Of a stretch of DNA of 64,000 bases, positions 8,913 to 18,655 are shown in pieces. Source of the stretch: a virus (Duplodnaviria > Caudoviricetes); the IMG/VR virus record IMGVR_UViG_3300021400_001148, positions 224,001 to 288,000 of that record; one strand, written 5' to 3'. The notes beneath the pieces are model-generated. The model was not told the DNA's origin. It did no database searches and saw only the letters and a program-made list of their open reading frames with translations. Made by a program: the position numbers and the translations under genes. The first letter of the stretch is position 1, and each line of letters begins with the position of its first letter.

Positions 8913-10800
8913 ATTTTTTGAATAGCCATGAATATGGGTTTACATTTCTCATTTTTTGTTCCCCGCCGCCATTTGTGACAAACGGCATTGCATATTTTTT
9001 AGTGATAGGTTTTTCTTCCTGTTCAGCCTGTTTTTGCTTTTCCCTTAATGTTAATGCATTTGCCGCGATAAATGCTTTCATGTTAGCAGTATCATTCTTT
9101 TTAGCCCTTTCAATACTATTAAAGGAAAATTCCATAATGAAAAGTCCCATAGCAAGGCAAGTAAGGGTATCGTCGTGGAAACCATCCATATGGTCCATTC
9201 TAGCTGCAGTTCCCTTATAAATCCAAGTATCGAGTTCATTGGTAACCCTGAGTGAACGAATTTTGAATCCGTTTGTCTTTACAAGGTTCGCAAAACTTGC
9301 CAACATCTGAAAACGGACAGATGAAGTATGGAAACCGGGAAGTCTCCCTTCTTTGTCAGTACCTAAAGTGCTGGCTTCCTGTTGAGCAAGGTATTTCGAG
9401 AGACGAGGGTCGTCATAGTAGAGGTTTTTATAGCCCAAATTCATCATTGTAAGGATGCAGGCATCACCCGTACCGCCAATACAATCAACCACAGTAAATG
9501 CATTACCGTAGAGCGTTGCGTACCTGTATGCCATTTCACCAATTTCGTCGCCGGTTCTCTTGCCATGGTATTCCATAACCTGTTCCACAATAGGCATACC
9601 ATTCTCATCAACACCGTCAATGTCTATCATTTCCATTGCAGTCCTATCATCAGCATCGCCTCTTGAACAGTCAATTGAAAGAATATATCTATGTCCTTCG
9701 ATTGGTGGCTTCCAGAACCATGTATCTTCGACAAGCGGGTCTTTGAAATCAGGGTCGGGTTCACGGACATTCTCACGCTCTTGCATCTCAATGAATTCCG
9801 GAGCCACAACATTGTTTGCGGAACCAAGGAAAGACACGTCCAACTCCTGTGCAATTTTCATCGAGTCGTTGTTGAATTGTTGGCACATTTTTATGTACCA
9901 AGGAGATGTTGGTGCCCAGCCGTCTTTTAACATTCTATTCCAATGCTCCGGGTCCCATTTCACATTACCGTCGGCATCAATAATAGACTCTGGTATAACA
10001 TCAAACTCACCCTTCTCATTTTTCCGCGTCCATTTAAGGTGCTTGTTGTAACGAGGGTCCTGATACCACTTCATTTCAACAAGTTCGAAGTTGTTCCAAT
10101 CCGTAGTACCTTTATGCTTAGCCCTTTTGCAAGTTTCATAGTAAAGTGAATCTTTACCATTGGGAGTAGAAATCATTACAATATGACCGCCGGTTGAAAC
10201 AGTAGGAACTGCAGATGTGTATACATCACGACCTTTTTCAATAAAAGCTGCCTCATCAAAAATAAGCCAAGTAACACCACCAACTCCTCGGGAAGCATTA
10301 GGACCAGATGAACGAGCCACAACCTTACTGCCGTTGAAAAGTATGAGCTCTTTGTCGTTACATTTTTTGAAAAGAACCTTCTGTGATGGTGGTTGCGTTA
10401 TGTCGTCACATTTTTCAAGAAGCTCATTATCGCCAAAACACCACGCAGGAAATTGAAGGAGGAAGTCTCTGATTTTGAAAAGCATCTGCTGGGCAAGGTC
10501 AAGGTTATTCCCAATACAGAGAACCGTTATCGGCTTATCTTTTTCTGCAAGAGCCATCTCACACGAAATAAATCCGCCACAGGTGGTTGTTATACCCATT
10601 TGACGGGCTTTTGTAGTTACAACATTGTTTGCATTGCCAAGTGTTCTGCAAAGGTCCTGTTGTCTTGGGAAGAGGTTGAAAGGTACATCTTTACCTTGTG
10701 TGGCATCATATGTTTTCAAATAGTGGGTTATCATGTAAATTCTACTTGTATCCACTACGCACCTCGCATATTCCTCTTGTATGTAAGCAAAATCTATCAT
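8911..10800 (-). CDS. terminase large subunit (gp17-like)
   Basis: KARQMGITT Walker A, LIFDEAAF Walker B, ISTPNG, SIDCSRG and HDD nuclease motifs. Confidence 0.95.
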   Translation of the reverse strand: MIDFAYIQEEYARCVVDTSRIYMITHYLKTYDATQGKDVPFNLFPRQQDLCRTLGNANNVVTTKARQMGITTTCGGFISCEMALAEKDKPITVLCIGNNLDLAQQMLFKIRDFLLQFPAWCFGDNELLEKCDDITQPPSQKVLFKKCNDKELILFNGSKVVARSSGPNASRGVGGVTWLIFDEAAFIEKGRDVYTSAVPTVSTGGHIVMISTPNGKDSLYYETCKRAKHKGTTDWNNFELVEMKWYQDPRYNKHLKWTRKNEKGEFDVIPESIIDADGNVKWDPEHWNRMLKDGWAPTSPWYIKMCQQFNNDSMKIAQELDVSFLGSANNVVAPEFIEMQERENVREPDPDFKDPLVEDTWFWKPPIEGHRYILSIDCSRGDADDRTAMEMIDIDGVDENGMPIVEQVMEYHGKRTGDEIGEMAYRYATLYGNAFTVVDCIGGTGDACILTMMNLGYKNLYYDDPRLSKYLAQQEASTLGTDKEGRLPGFHTSSVRFQMLASFANLVKTNGFKIRSLRVTNELDTWIYKGTAARMDHMDGFHDDTLTCLAMGLFIMEFSFNSIERAKKNDTANMKAFIAANALTLREKQKQAEQEEKPITKKYAMPFVTNGGGEQKMRNVNPYSWLFKK

Positions 10801-10927
10801 ACCTAAAACATTAAAATTAAATAAATAGTAGCTTTTTATTAAATAAATATTTATCCCACAATAGAAAGGCTTCTCTAATGATATAAAAAGCCTTTAAATA
10901 TGATATTTATATGAAAAAAGAGTGCTT

Positions 10928-12058
10928 ATGGCAACTAGATTAACTCCAGAAATACAGAAGATATTCAGACAATTCAAAAGTAGTGTCGGTGCACCCATTC
11001 GTTCAATTCAAATGACCGATGAACAACTCTGTGACTTGTTTGATATGGCCAAGGAAGACTATGCTTCATATGTCCAATCGTGGCTTATAAAAAACCAGTG
11101 GGCCGCACTCTACGGTAAGGGAGCCAGTAATACTGATATGGCCTATGCGCTTTCGGTGAGAAGCCTCGACATGGCTAAACAATACTCCTATTGGTTTTCA
11201 AAGGAAGTGGGACTTCAGCAATCAGGCCCGTGGGAACTCAAAAAAGATTATATACAAATTGAAAAGGGTAAACAGGATTATTTGATTCCGGCTGGAAGAC
11301 AGGTAAATAGAGTTATGTATGTCAACCCTCCAACATCACAGGCAGCGCTTTTTGCTAACTATGCCGGTCTCGATATTGGGTTTGGCGGGGGATATGCACA
11401 ACTTGGTGGCGGAGCATATGGCCCCATTGGTGGCTTTTTTACTGCACCTGCTGCCGATGTTGCTTATCTTGCTACAGACCTGCAGTATAAAAACAGGCTC
11501 CTTAAAGGTGATTTGGTATATAGTATGACTGCCGGCCCTGAGGGAACACATATTTTACACCTAATGTCAACTCCCGGGTCCAAACTCTCATTTAATTATA
11601 TGGGTGGATATGGTGGTTTGATTGGTCTTGTTGGCTGTCAGGTATGGTATACATATTATGAAACATCATCTGCTGAGGAGGCGGAGGAATGTATGAGAGA
11701 AAATTCTGATGTTATTATAACGCCAGACCAAGTTCCATTGGCTGAAATGGATTTTGAACTTCTTAATGCACCCACCAAAACTATAATCCGTCAGTTGTTT
11801 GTTGCCAAAGCAAAAGAAACTCTTGGTATAACCAGGGGTACTTACAGTGGTAAAGTTATGATACCCCAAGCAGAACTCACTATGGATTACCAAATGCTTT
11901 TGACACAAGGCAAGGAAGAATATAAGGAGACAATGGAGACGCTCAAAAAACGCCTCGAGGAAATGAACCCTGAAAACTATCTCAAGAAGCAGGCTGAAAT
12001 CACTAATGCTAATAGAGACATTCTTTCCGGCGTACCCCTCGGAATTATGGTTATCTAA
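10928..12058 (+). CDS. neck/head-tail adaptor protein (gp13-like)
   Basis: GAPI..I.MTDEQL N-terminus; AKAKE.LG..RG.YSG and terminal PLG motif; next to portal. Confidence 0.7.
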   Translation: MATRLTPEIQKIFRQFKSSVGAPIRSIQMTDEQLCDLFDMAKEDYASYVQSWLIKNQWAALYGKGASNTDMAYALSVRSLDMAKQYSYWFSKEVGLQQSGPWELKKDYIQIEKGKQDYLIPAGRQVNRVMYVNPPTSQAALFANYAGLDIGFGGGYAQLGGGAYGPIGGFFTAPAADVAYLATDLQYKNRLLKGDLVYSMTAGPEGTHILHLMSTPGSKLSFNYMGGYGGLIGLVGCQVWYTYYETSSAEEAEECMRENSDVIITPDQVPLAEMDFELLNAPTKTIIRQLFVAKAKETLGITRGTYSGKVMIPQAELTMDYQMLLTQGKEEYKETMETLKKRLEEMNPENYLKKQAEITNANRDILSGVPLGIMVI

Positions 12059-12100
12059 TTACTTTTCACCGTTTAACGTTATATTAAAAGAAAAAAAATA

Positions 12101-14140
12101 ATGCCTACTATATTTCAAAACTTAAGCAGAGTACTCAATGGAGATAGAAATGTCCCCAAATCACAACCAGTTTCAAGAACCACCAATGTTTATAATCTCG
12201 GTTCCATGTCTCAAGGGAGTGATGTGATATTCAGTACCACAAACAAAGAAGAGTTTGAGGCAAAGAGGCTTGAAGCCCGCCAGCAGAAACTTATGTCAAT
12301 GCAGTTTTACAAGGCCGGGCTTGACAATGCTGCAAGGTCTGTAGAGGAATTCACCAATGTACAAATGATGTACCGTGATGCACAAATTATGGACACCATT
12401 ACACCAGAAATTGGTGCGGCGTTGGATATCTATTCTGAAGAGGCCTGTATGATTGGCAGCACTGGTAAAATGCTTATTATATCATCCAAGTCCGAGCGTA
12501 TTAAGGCTATTTTGGAAGACCTTTTTTACAACCGTCTCAACCTCCATATAATGTTACCAATGATTTGCCGTGGAATGTGCAAATGTGGTAACGATTTTAT
12601 GCTCCTCAATATTGATAAGGAAATGGGTGTTATTGGATGGATGGAATTACCTATTTTCGAAATAATCAGAACCGAAAATGGCATGACCAACCCTTATCAG
12701 GCTATTGGAAGTATTAACCAAAATGGTGAAATAAAAACAATGAGCCCACAGTTTCTCTGGCAGGCAAAAAATGGTAATCTTTCTTTCCACAATCTGCAGG
12801 TGGCTCACTTCAGAATTATAACCGATTCTACTTTCCTTCCTTATGGCGTGAGCCTTCTCCATAAAGCTAGAAGGTCTTGGAGAATGCTTTCCATGATGGA
12901 AGACATGATGCTGATTTACCGTCTCGAAAGGAGTATCGAACGCCGCGTGTTCAAGATTTTCACCGGCGACATTGATGAGGCTGATATTCCAACTTATGTA
13001 CAGCAGGTTGCAAATCAGTTCAAAAGGACTGAAATTATTGACCCTGAGACTGGGCAGATAGACCTCAGGAAAAATTTCCTTAGTGTTGATACTGATTATT
13101 TCATCCCGTTCCGTCAGGAAGACCGCGCAAGCAAAATAGAAACGCTTAATGCCGCAACAAACCAGACTTCAATGGACGACATTGAATATATGCGCGGCAA
13201 GATGCTTGCAGCACTCCGTGTGCCAAAGGCATTCCTCAATTTCCAAGACACACAGGGCAAGGGTCAGAATCTTTCCTTTATGGATGTCAGGTTTTCAAGG
13301 ATGATAAACAGGGTGCAGCAGGCGCTTCTTATGGAACTTACCAAGGTTGCAATCACCCATCTCTATCTTCTTGGCTTCAAGGATGATATTACTAATTTCA
13401 CCCTTACAATGCATAACCCCTCTTCTCAGGTTCAAATGCAGGAACTTGATATGCTTGGGAAGAAAGTACAGACGATGCAACAGGTTTTGGCTGACCCCGG
13501 GAACGGTATTCAGATTTATTCATACCACCGCGCCCTTAAGGAAATTATGCAACTCTCCGACACTGAAATTGCGGAAAATCTCAATGAGATTCGTCTTGAA
13601 AGGGCTCTTGCGGCAGAACTGGAGAACACGACACAAATTATTAAGAAAACCGGCATTTTTGACCCGACAGACAGAATATATGGTGACCCTAATGCAAAAT
13701 ATGACTTCTCCCAGAATCAGGAAGGCGGAGAAGGTGGAATGGGTGGCGGCCCGATAGGTGGTGATGTGGACTTCGGTGGCGAAGATGTTGACGAACTCGG
13801 TGCTCCGGGCGAGGAAAGTAACGATGTGAACGGCTCCGAGGAAAGTGTTGACATGAGTAACGCCTCTAATGTAGATTCCGGAACACCTCTCCAAGAAAAC
13901 AGACAAAGGATATCAAGGTCACATTTTGATGAATATATAAAGAACCTCGTTCCTTCTGCCAGTGCAGGGACAAGTCTCGGAAGAGTTAAACTCGTTGAGA
14001 AATCTTTTCTCATAAATGAAGAACTCAATTCAATGTCAAAGCAACTCGACAAACTTCTCGAAGGTGTTTCTCTTGAAGATATTCACGATGATGAGGAGGG
14101 TGAAAAGACAGAAGTTGAGAAGGCACTTTTAGATGAATAA
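12101..14140 (+). CDS. portal protein (gp20-like)
   Basis: PEIGAALDIYSEE, EDMMLIYRLERSIERRVF, DYFIP.R and ALRVPKAFL motifs. Confidence 0.95.
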   Translation: MPTIFQNLSRVLNGDRNVPKSQPVSRTTNVYNLGSMSQGSDVIFSTTNKEEFEAKRLEARQQKLMSMQFYKAGLDNAARSVEEFTNVQMMYRDAQIMDTITPEIGAALDIYSEEACMIGSTGKMLIISSKSERIKAILEDLFYNRLNLHIMLPMICRGMCKCGNDFMLLNIDKEMGVIGWMELPIFEIIRTENGMTNPYQAIGSINQNGEIKTMSPQFLWQAKNGNLSFHNLQVAHFRIITDSTFLPYGVSLLHKARRSWRMLSMMEDMMLIYRLERSIERRVFKIFTGDIDEADIPTYVQQVANQFKRTEIIDPETGQIDLRKNFLSVDTDYFIPFRQEDRASKIETLNAATNQTSMDDIEYMRGKMLAALRVPKAFLNFQDTQGKGQNLSFMDVRFSRMINRVQQALLMELTKVAITHLYLLGFKDDITNFTLTMHNPSSQVQMQELDMLGKKVQTMQQVLADPGNGIQIYSYHRALKEIMQLSDTEIAENLNEIRLERALAAELENTTQIIKKTGIFDPTDRIYGDPNAKYDFSQNQEGGEGGMGGGPIGGDVDFGGEDVDELGAPGEESNDVNGSEESVDMSNASNVDSGTPLQENRQRISRSHFDEYIKNLVPSASAGTSLGRVKLVEKSFLINEELNSMSKQLDKLLEGVSLEDIHDDEEGEKTEVEKALLDE

Positions 14141-14157
14141 AGTATTTATAGTAAAAT

Positions 14158-14970
14158 ATGTTTAAAATGAATCTTAGTGATAGAATTAGTAAAATCAACA
14201 AAGAATATAGTATAAAGGAAAAAGAGACTGTGGCAAAACTCAATGAGGAACGCAACTTCCTCATTGCCGAAGCAACAGTCAACGAAATTGTTGAGCGTGC
14301 AAACACGCTTCCGATAGGTGACCTTTTTACTATTTTCGAAAATATCTCAGAAGATGTGCTTCTCACTAACAAAGGAAAAAGTCTTATCAACAAGTATATT
14401 TCGACAATCAAAGAAAATGCAGCATTGAAAAACGAGTATTTTCTCATCAACAATGTAGCAAAAAGCGGTGCCAAGGACGCGAAGGGCCTTGTAACTGAGT
14501 CTTTGGAACTAGTGGCCCCATTCGCCACCAGAAAGCATCTTTTGGAAGGAAAATCTCTTATAGCATCCTGTGTTACTGAGGCTCTTCAACTGGTAAACCC
14601 CCTTACGGCCTACAAGAAAATTGCAATCGACGAGAATACTCATAAACTACACGAAAATATCGAGTATCTTTCAACTGTAAGTAAAAGTGTAAAAACAGTT
14701 GCCGAGTACCGTCGTAGGCTTGATGAAATGATTGAATGTATGAAAATTTCAGAAGCGGGTGAAGTTGTGGCTGAAAATAAAAAGGCTGTTTTCGACCGGA
14801 AAAAGAACGATTGCCTTACCGCTATTGATGAGGCGTGGGAAAATGCAAACGGCACACTCCGTATGACACTTACCGAAATCAAGGACCGTTTAGAAAAAAA
14901 GGAGTTTTCAGAAGTAACTGCCGACGAGGATATTAAATACATCAATGAACTTACTAAAACTCTCGCATAA
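14158..14970 (+). CDS. hypothetical helical protein (prohead-core-like)
   Basis: TATTTATA at 14143; several xxE motifs; follows portal. Confidence 0.65.
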   Translation: MFKMNLSDRISKINKEYSIKEKETVAKLNEERNFLIAEATVNEIVERANTLPIGDLFTIFENISEDVLLTNKGKSLINKYISTIKENAALKNEYFLINNVAKSGAKDAKGLVTESLELVAPFATRKHLLEGKSLIASCVTEALQLVNPLTAYKKIAIDENTHKLHENIEYLSTVSKSVKTVAEYRRRLDEMIECMKISEAGEVVAENKKAVFDRKKNDCLTAIDEAWENANGTLRMTLTEIKDRLEKKEFSEVTADEDIKYINELTKTLA

Positions 14971-15597
14971 ATGAAAGTTATTCTCACTGAAAGCCAGTTT
15001 AAAACAATGCTGAACGAAGATATTATAATGGAGTCTTTGTTCCGCCGGGGCATGTCTTTCAATGAGATAGTAAATGCAGTAAAAATTGTTGCAAGAAAAG
15101 GCTTGCTTACCGCCAGTCTTATTGCTAATATAGTTTTTACTTTCAAACTCAGCCAATCACAAGCAGAGGTCATTGAAAACATTGCTAAAATAGAGCAGAC
15201 CCAGCCTCAGACAAACAAATGGGTACTCCTTGCAGACGATGTTCTCGCAACCGTTTACAATGCAGTGCCGGCACAATGCAACAAAGATGTGCAACACACG
15301 GCATCTATGTTCAAGTTAAATCTGAACGATGTTCTATCTCATAGGATTATTGCAATGGAGCGTACTATGATGAAAGAATATGGACTGAAATACGGTGATG
15401 TTGTCCGCATAGAAGGTACTGGCAAGTGGGATGGCGAATGGCAGATACAAGATACAATGAATAAACGGTTTGCTGGGCAACACAAGATTGATATCTTGGT
15501 TCCGAACAATATTCGAACAGGAAAGTGGGATAATGTCAAAATCTATGTTCCTGCGAATGAAGAAACAAAACTCGCAGCAAAAGAGCAAATGAGCTAA
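14971..15597 (+). CDS. 3D-domain (RlpA/MltA-like) peptidoglycan-active protein with capsid-targeting-like N-terminus
   Basis: ATVYN....C...TAS, IIA, YGD.V.I, QDTMN.RF, IDIL motifs; N-terminus MKVILTESQF..MLNE. Confidence 0.7.
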   Translation: MKVILTESQFKTMLNEDIIMESLFRRGMSFNEIVNAVKIVARKGLLTASLIANIVFTFKLSQSQAEVIENIAKIEQTQPQTNKWVLLADDVLATVYNAVPAQCNKDVQHTASMFKLNLNDVLSHRIIAMERTMMKEYGLKYGDVVRIEGTGKWDGEWQIQDTMNKRFAGQHKIDILVPNNIRTGKWDNVKIYVPANEETKLAAKEQMS

Positions 15598-15623
15598 AAA
15601 AAGGTGGTATTTTACCACCTTTT
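15596..15623. terminator. bidirectional terminator adjoining the IS1595 insertion site
   Basis: aaaaaaaggtggta-ttt-taccacctttt. Confidence 0.8.
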
Positions 15624-15752
15624 ATTTTGGGAACGATATACTACTTTACACCAATAATCGTGTAAATATTTGAAGTCCAGCGCAAATAACGCTGGACTAT
15701 TTGTAAGATTCCGCTAGTTTTCAGGTATAGATGTGTAGAAAGTACCTGAACT

Positions 15753-16694
15753 ATGAGACTTGAACTTGAACATTTTGACTCCCTTATCTTCCTAGTCAGC
15801 CATTTCAATAGCTACAAACGTTGCCGTGACTTCATTACCAAGCAGCGTTGGGGTAAGGTGGTTGTCTGCCCGCACTGCGGCTCCGTGCATGTTTACACAT
15901 GTAGCAACGGTGATAATCAGTTCAAGTGTGCCGATTGTCACAAGCGATTCTCCTGTCTTGTAGGCACCATCTTCGAAAATACCAAACTGCCCTTGCAGAA
16001 ATGGTTTATGGCTATGTATCTTATCAGTAGCCATAAGAAGGGGATTTCCTCCCATCAGCTTGGACGTGACATCCACGTCACGCAGAAGACTGCATGGTAT
16101 ATTCTCCATAAAGTTCGTACTCTGTTTGCACAGTACGATACTACCGTCCTTTACGGTGAGGTGGAAATGGACGAAATGTACCTTGGTGGACGTGAAACCA
16201 ATAAGCACGAATCCAAGAAAACAGAAGGAACGCAGGGACGTTCCACCAAGACTAAGACTCCCATCTTCGGTATGGTGGCAAGAGAAGGCGAAGCCCGTGC
16301 TCTTGTCGTAAAGGACACCAAGGCTGCTACGCTTTTGCCCATCATCAAACAGTTCGTTGCTGACAATGCTCATATCTTTACGGACGAGCTCAGTTCGTAT
16401 GCAGGTTTGTCTGGTGAAGGATACAAGCACGGCATCATCCACCACGGCGAAAAGGAATATTCTAAGGACGGTATCACCACCAACTCCATCGAAGGTTTTT
16501 GGGCTCATTTCAAGCGCACGGTGTTTGGTATCTATCACTTCGTGAGCAAGGAATACCTTCAGCAGTATATCAACGAATCCGTGTACCGTTACAATACAAG
16601 AAAAGCGAACGAATCCGTCCGCTTTGCCGATATGTTATCCAAGTGTATTGGAGTATGCTCCTATGAAGACGTTAAGTCGCTGAAGGTGGCTTAA
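15753..16694 (+). CDS. IS1595-family DDE transposase
   Basis: CPHC..C..C Zn ribbon, GTIFE.TKL, EMDE.Y.GG, TDE and NSIEGFW motifs. Confidence 0.95.
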   Translation: MRLELEHFDSLIFLVSHFNSYKRCRDFITKQRWGKVVVCPHCGSVHVYTCSNGDNQFKCADCHKRFSCLVGTIFENTKLPLQKWFMAMYLISSHKKGISSHQLGRDIHVTQKTAWYILHKVRTLFAQYDTTVLYGEVEMDEMYLGGRETNKHESKKTEGTQGRSTKTKTPIFGMVAREGEARALVVKDTKAATLLPIIKQFVADNAHIFTDELSSYAGLSGEGYKHGIIHHGEKEYSKDGITTNSIEGFWAHFKRTVFGIYHFVSKEYLQQYINESVYRYNTRKANESVRFADMLSKCIGVCSYEDVKSLKVA

Positions 16695-17005
16695 TCACTA
16701 AGCGTGCTTGCTTCTTGTCTAACTCTATCTGCCCATTGCTTTGCTTTGATAAACCAATTGTCCTCACTATTCGTTCCGTTCATGGCGAGCGAGGATAATT
16801 TCCTTGCAGCCTTTTCTATTATTCGGAGTAACAACAAAGAATCATCACACTCATCAATGAGGGACATTATTTGTCTCTCATATGCAAAGAATTCCGCATT
16901 CCCATTTTCTGTATTAGGATACCCCTCATTCAGCGTCTTTTTTATTGCCCCCGCAATAACCTTGCGGAGTTGTTGTTCATTGAGCTTTATTGTATTCTTC
17001 TTCAT
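16691..17005 (-). CDS. IS passenger protein with capsid-targeting-like peptide (alternative start 17089)
   Basis: MKKNTIKLNEQQLRKVIAGAIKKTLNE; late motif at 17235-17242 inside the element. Confidence 0.65.
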   Translation of the reverse strand: MKKNTIKLNEQQLRKVIAGAIKKTLNEGYPNTENGNAEFFAYERQIMSLIDECDDSLLLLRIIEKAARKLSSLAMNGTNSEDNWFIKAKQWADRVRQEASTLSD

Positions 17006-17055
17006 ATTCTTGTTTGATTTTGATTCGTTAGTTTTATTCTGTATATTTGCATCCG

Positions 17056-17235
17056 AAGGTGTATTAGCGTCAAGTGAAGCAGTATCCATAGGAAGGCGTG
17101 TATTTCCAAAGGATGAACTACCGTCTGTACTGTCAGGGACTTTGATAGCGCTAATTACCTTATGGGTGAATCCGTTTAATCACCAAACAAAAGAACTCCG
17201 TTCTCCCCGTAGTCCTTCGCTGCGGGGTTCTTTTT
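17056..17235 (+). ncRNA. candidate structured small RNA inside IS1595
   Basis: TTTG(17019)-N19-TATATTTG(17042) promoter; 17056-17069 pairs with 17149-17161; nested inner stems; terminator ccccgtag/ctgcgggg plus T run. Confidence 0.55.
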
Positions 17236-17296
17236 ATAAATATGCCTTATTCTCGAAAAGAGTCAAGAGATAGTGTAAACTAGTATATCGTTCCCT

Positions 17297-17680
17297 TTAT
17301 TTTATATATATAGCCAAATCACTGGCAATTGGCACCTTAAGTAGACCCTCCGGATAATCAACCCCATCCTCGGTCAACCCCCCGAGGAAATTTATGTTGA
17401 ACATACCAATGAACTTTCCCCTTTCGTTAGTGTCCCGTTTTTTCCAAGTATACTGTATAATATATTTCTCTTCACAGCCACCGTCCTCTACTTCAAGTAT
17501 TTCACACTTGGCGTTCGAAATTTTAAGGATGTCCGTGTCGGCGTTCCTCATTGAAAAAGTAACATCCGCGTTCTGTATTGCGTTGTAAAACTTATTGAAG
17601 GAATACCTCCCGTCGTTGATGAGTTCCATTCTTAGAACTGGAAGTACTGAGCCTTCGTTTATGAAAAATTCCTGTTCCAT
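17297..17680 (-). CDS. BppU N-terminal-like beta-sandwich structural protein
   Basis: F.I.EGS.LP.L, Y.W...DT...G.F.G.F.I pattern; late motif at about 17698. Confidence 0.55.
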   Translation of the reverse strand: MEQEFFINEGSVLPVLRMELINDGRYSFNKFYNAIQNADVTFSMRNADTDILKISNAKCEILEVEDGGCEEKYIIQYTWKKRDTNERGKFIGMFNINFLGGLTEDGVDYPEGLLKVPIASDLAIYIK

Positions 17681-17824
17681 TACGGTTTCTTTTTATTTAT
17701 AAATATTCTTGCTGAGGAAAAGAAAAGTTGGTATGTTTACCACCATTTTGATATTTATAGTAGAAGCAAGTTAATGTTGGCCAACTGCGACTAGCGGAAC
17801 AATAACTGCTTAAAAGAAGAATGA

Positions 17825-18565
17825 ATGTCAAAAAAAAGAAAGGTGCAATCGGGCTACACTGAGAGCGAAGAGATTGCACGCAAGCCGCTTGACTTTAAGG
17901 TTAAAATTAAATGTAAAAGCGAAAAACAAAAGGAGTTCTTGGAAACCCTTGGAGATGAGAGAAAAGAGATTGTTTTTGGTTACGGCAGTGCTGGTGTTGG
18001 GAAAACCTTCATTGCTTTGGCTGAAGCCCTTACAGAGTTGAAAAACGGCAAGAGGGAAAAGATAATCTTTATAACACCAACGGCGGAGGCCGGGTCTAAG
18101 GCTACTATGCTTGGCCTACTCCCCGGGGCTGTATCTGACAAGATTTATCCATACATAGAGAACCTTAAGGAAACTGTTAAGAAGATTCTTAAATTTTCAG
18201 GAAACTATGATTATGAAGAACTCACAACCAATCTTTTTAAAGAAAATTTAATAGAGGTGCGGCTCATGAACTATGCACGCGGCACCACATACGATAATGC
18301 AATTGTGGTTATTGACGAGGGAGAAAATTTTAATCGTGGGGAGTTTCTCCTCCTTCTTACAAGGATGGGTGAAAACACTCGATACTTTGTTTTGGGAAGT
18401 GAGCAGCAATGTGACCGTCTTGACATTAGGCGTGAAGGTGGTTCAGGAATGATGTATGCCCAGAAACGCCTCGAATGCTTGGATGAAGTCGGTGGTGTTG
18501 AATTCACGGATGGAGATGTGGTGAGAAATCCCTTGATTGGGAAGATATTAAAACTTTGGGACTAG
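17825..18565 (+). CDS. phoH: PhoH-family ATPase
   Basis: GSAGVGKT, LG.LPG...DK..PY, RG.T, IDEGEN, LTRMGE, Q.D and DVVRNPLI motifs. Confidence 0.93.
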   Translation: MSKKRKVQSGYTESEEIARKPLDFKVKIKCKSEKQKEFLETLGDERKEIVFGYGSAGVGKTFIALAEALTELKNGKREKIIFITPTAEAGSKATMLGLLPGAVSDKIYPYIENLKETVKKILKFSGNYDYEELTTNLFKENLIEVRLMNYARGTTYDNAIVVIDEGENFNRGEFLLLLTRMGENTRYFVLGSEQQCDRLDIRREGGSGMMYAQKRLECLDEVGGVEFTDGDVVRNPLIGKILKLWD

Positions 18566-18587
18566 TTTGAAGAAAGATTATAGAAGC

Positions 18588-18611
18588 AGGGCTCTCATAT
18601 GAGGGCCCTTT
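18588..18611 (+). terminator. intrinsic terminator after phoH
   Basis: agggctctc-atat-gagggccct-tt. Confidence 0.7.
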
Positions 18612-18655
18612 GTTATTTGACTAAATTCGGAAAATCCATATATTAAAGAAAAAAA

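Larger units (their letters stand above)
15629..17295 (+). mobile_element. IS1595-family transposon with passenger region (1667 bp)
   Basis: TIRs gggaacgatatactactttacac (15629-15651) and its reverse complement at 17273-17295, 22/23 identical; 8-bp direct repeat tttatttt at 15621-15628 and 17296-17303. Confidence 0.95.

Noticed and set aside
8911-14140. Inteins or introns in terminase and portal
   Set aside because: Motifs are contiguous, lengths are normal, and no intein splice-junction or LAGLIDADG blocks are seen.
16704-17273. 189-aa plus-strand ORF inside the IS
   Set aside because: No ATG start, low-complexity hydrophobic shadow of the minus-strand cargo, and it runs through the predicted ncRNA and terminator.
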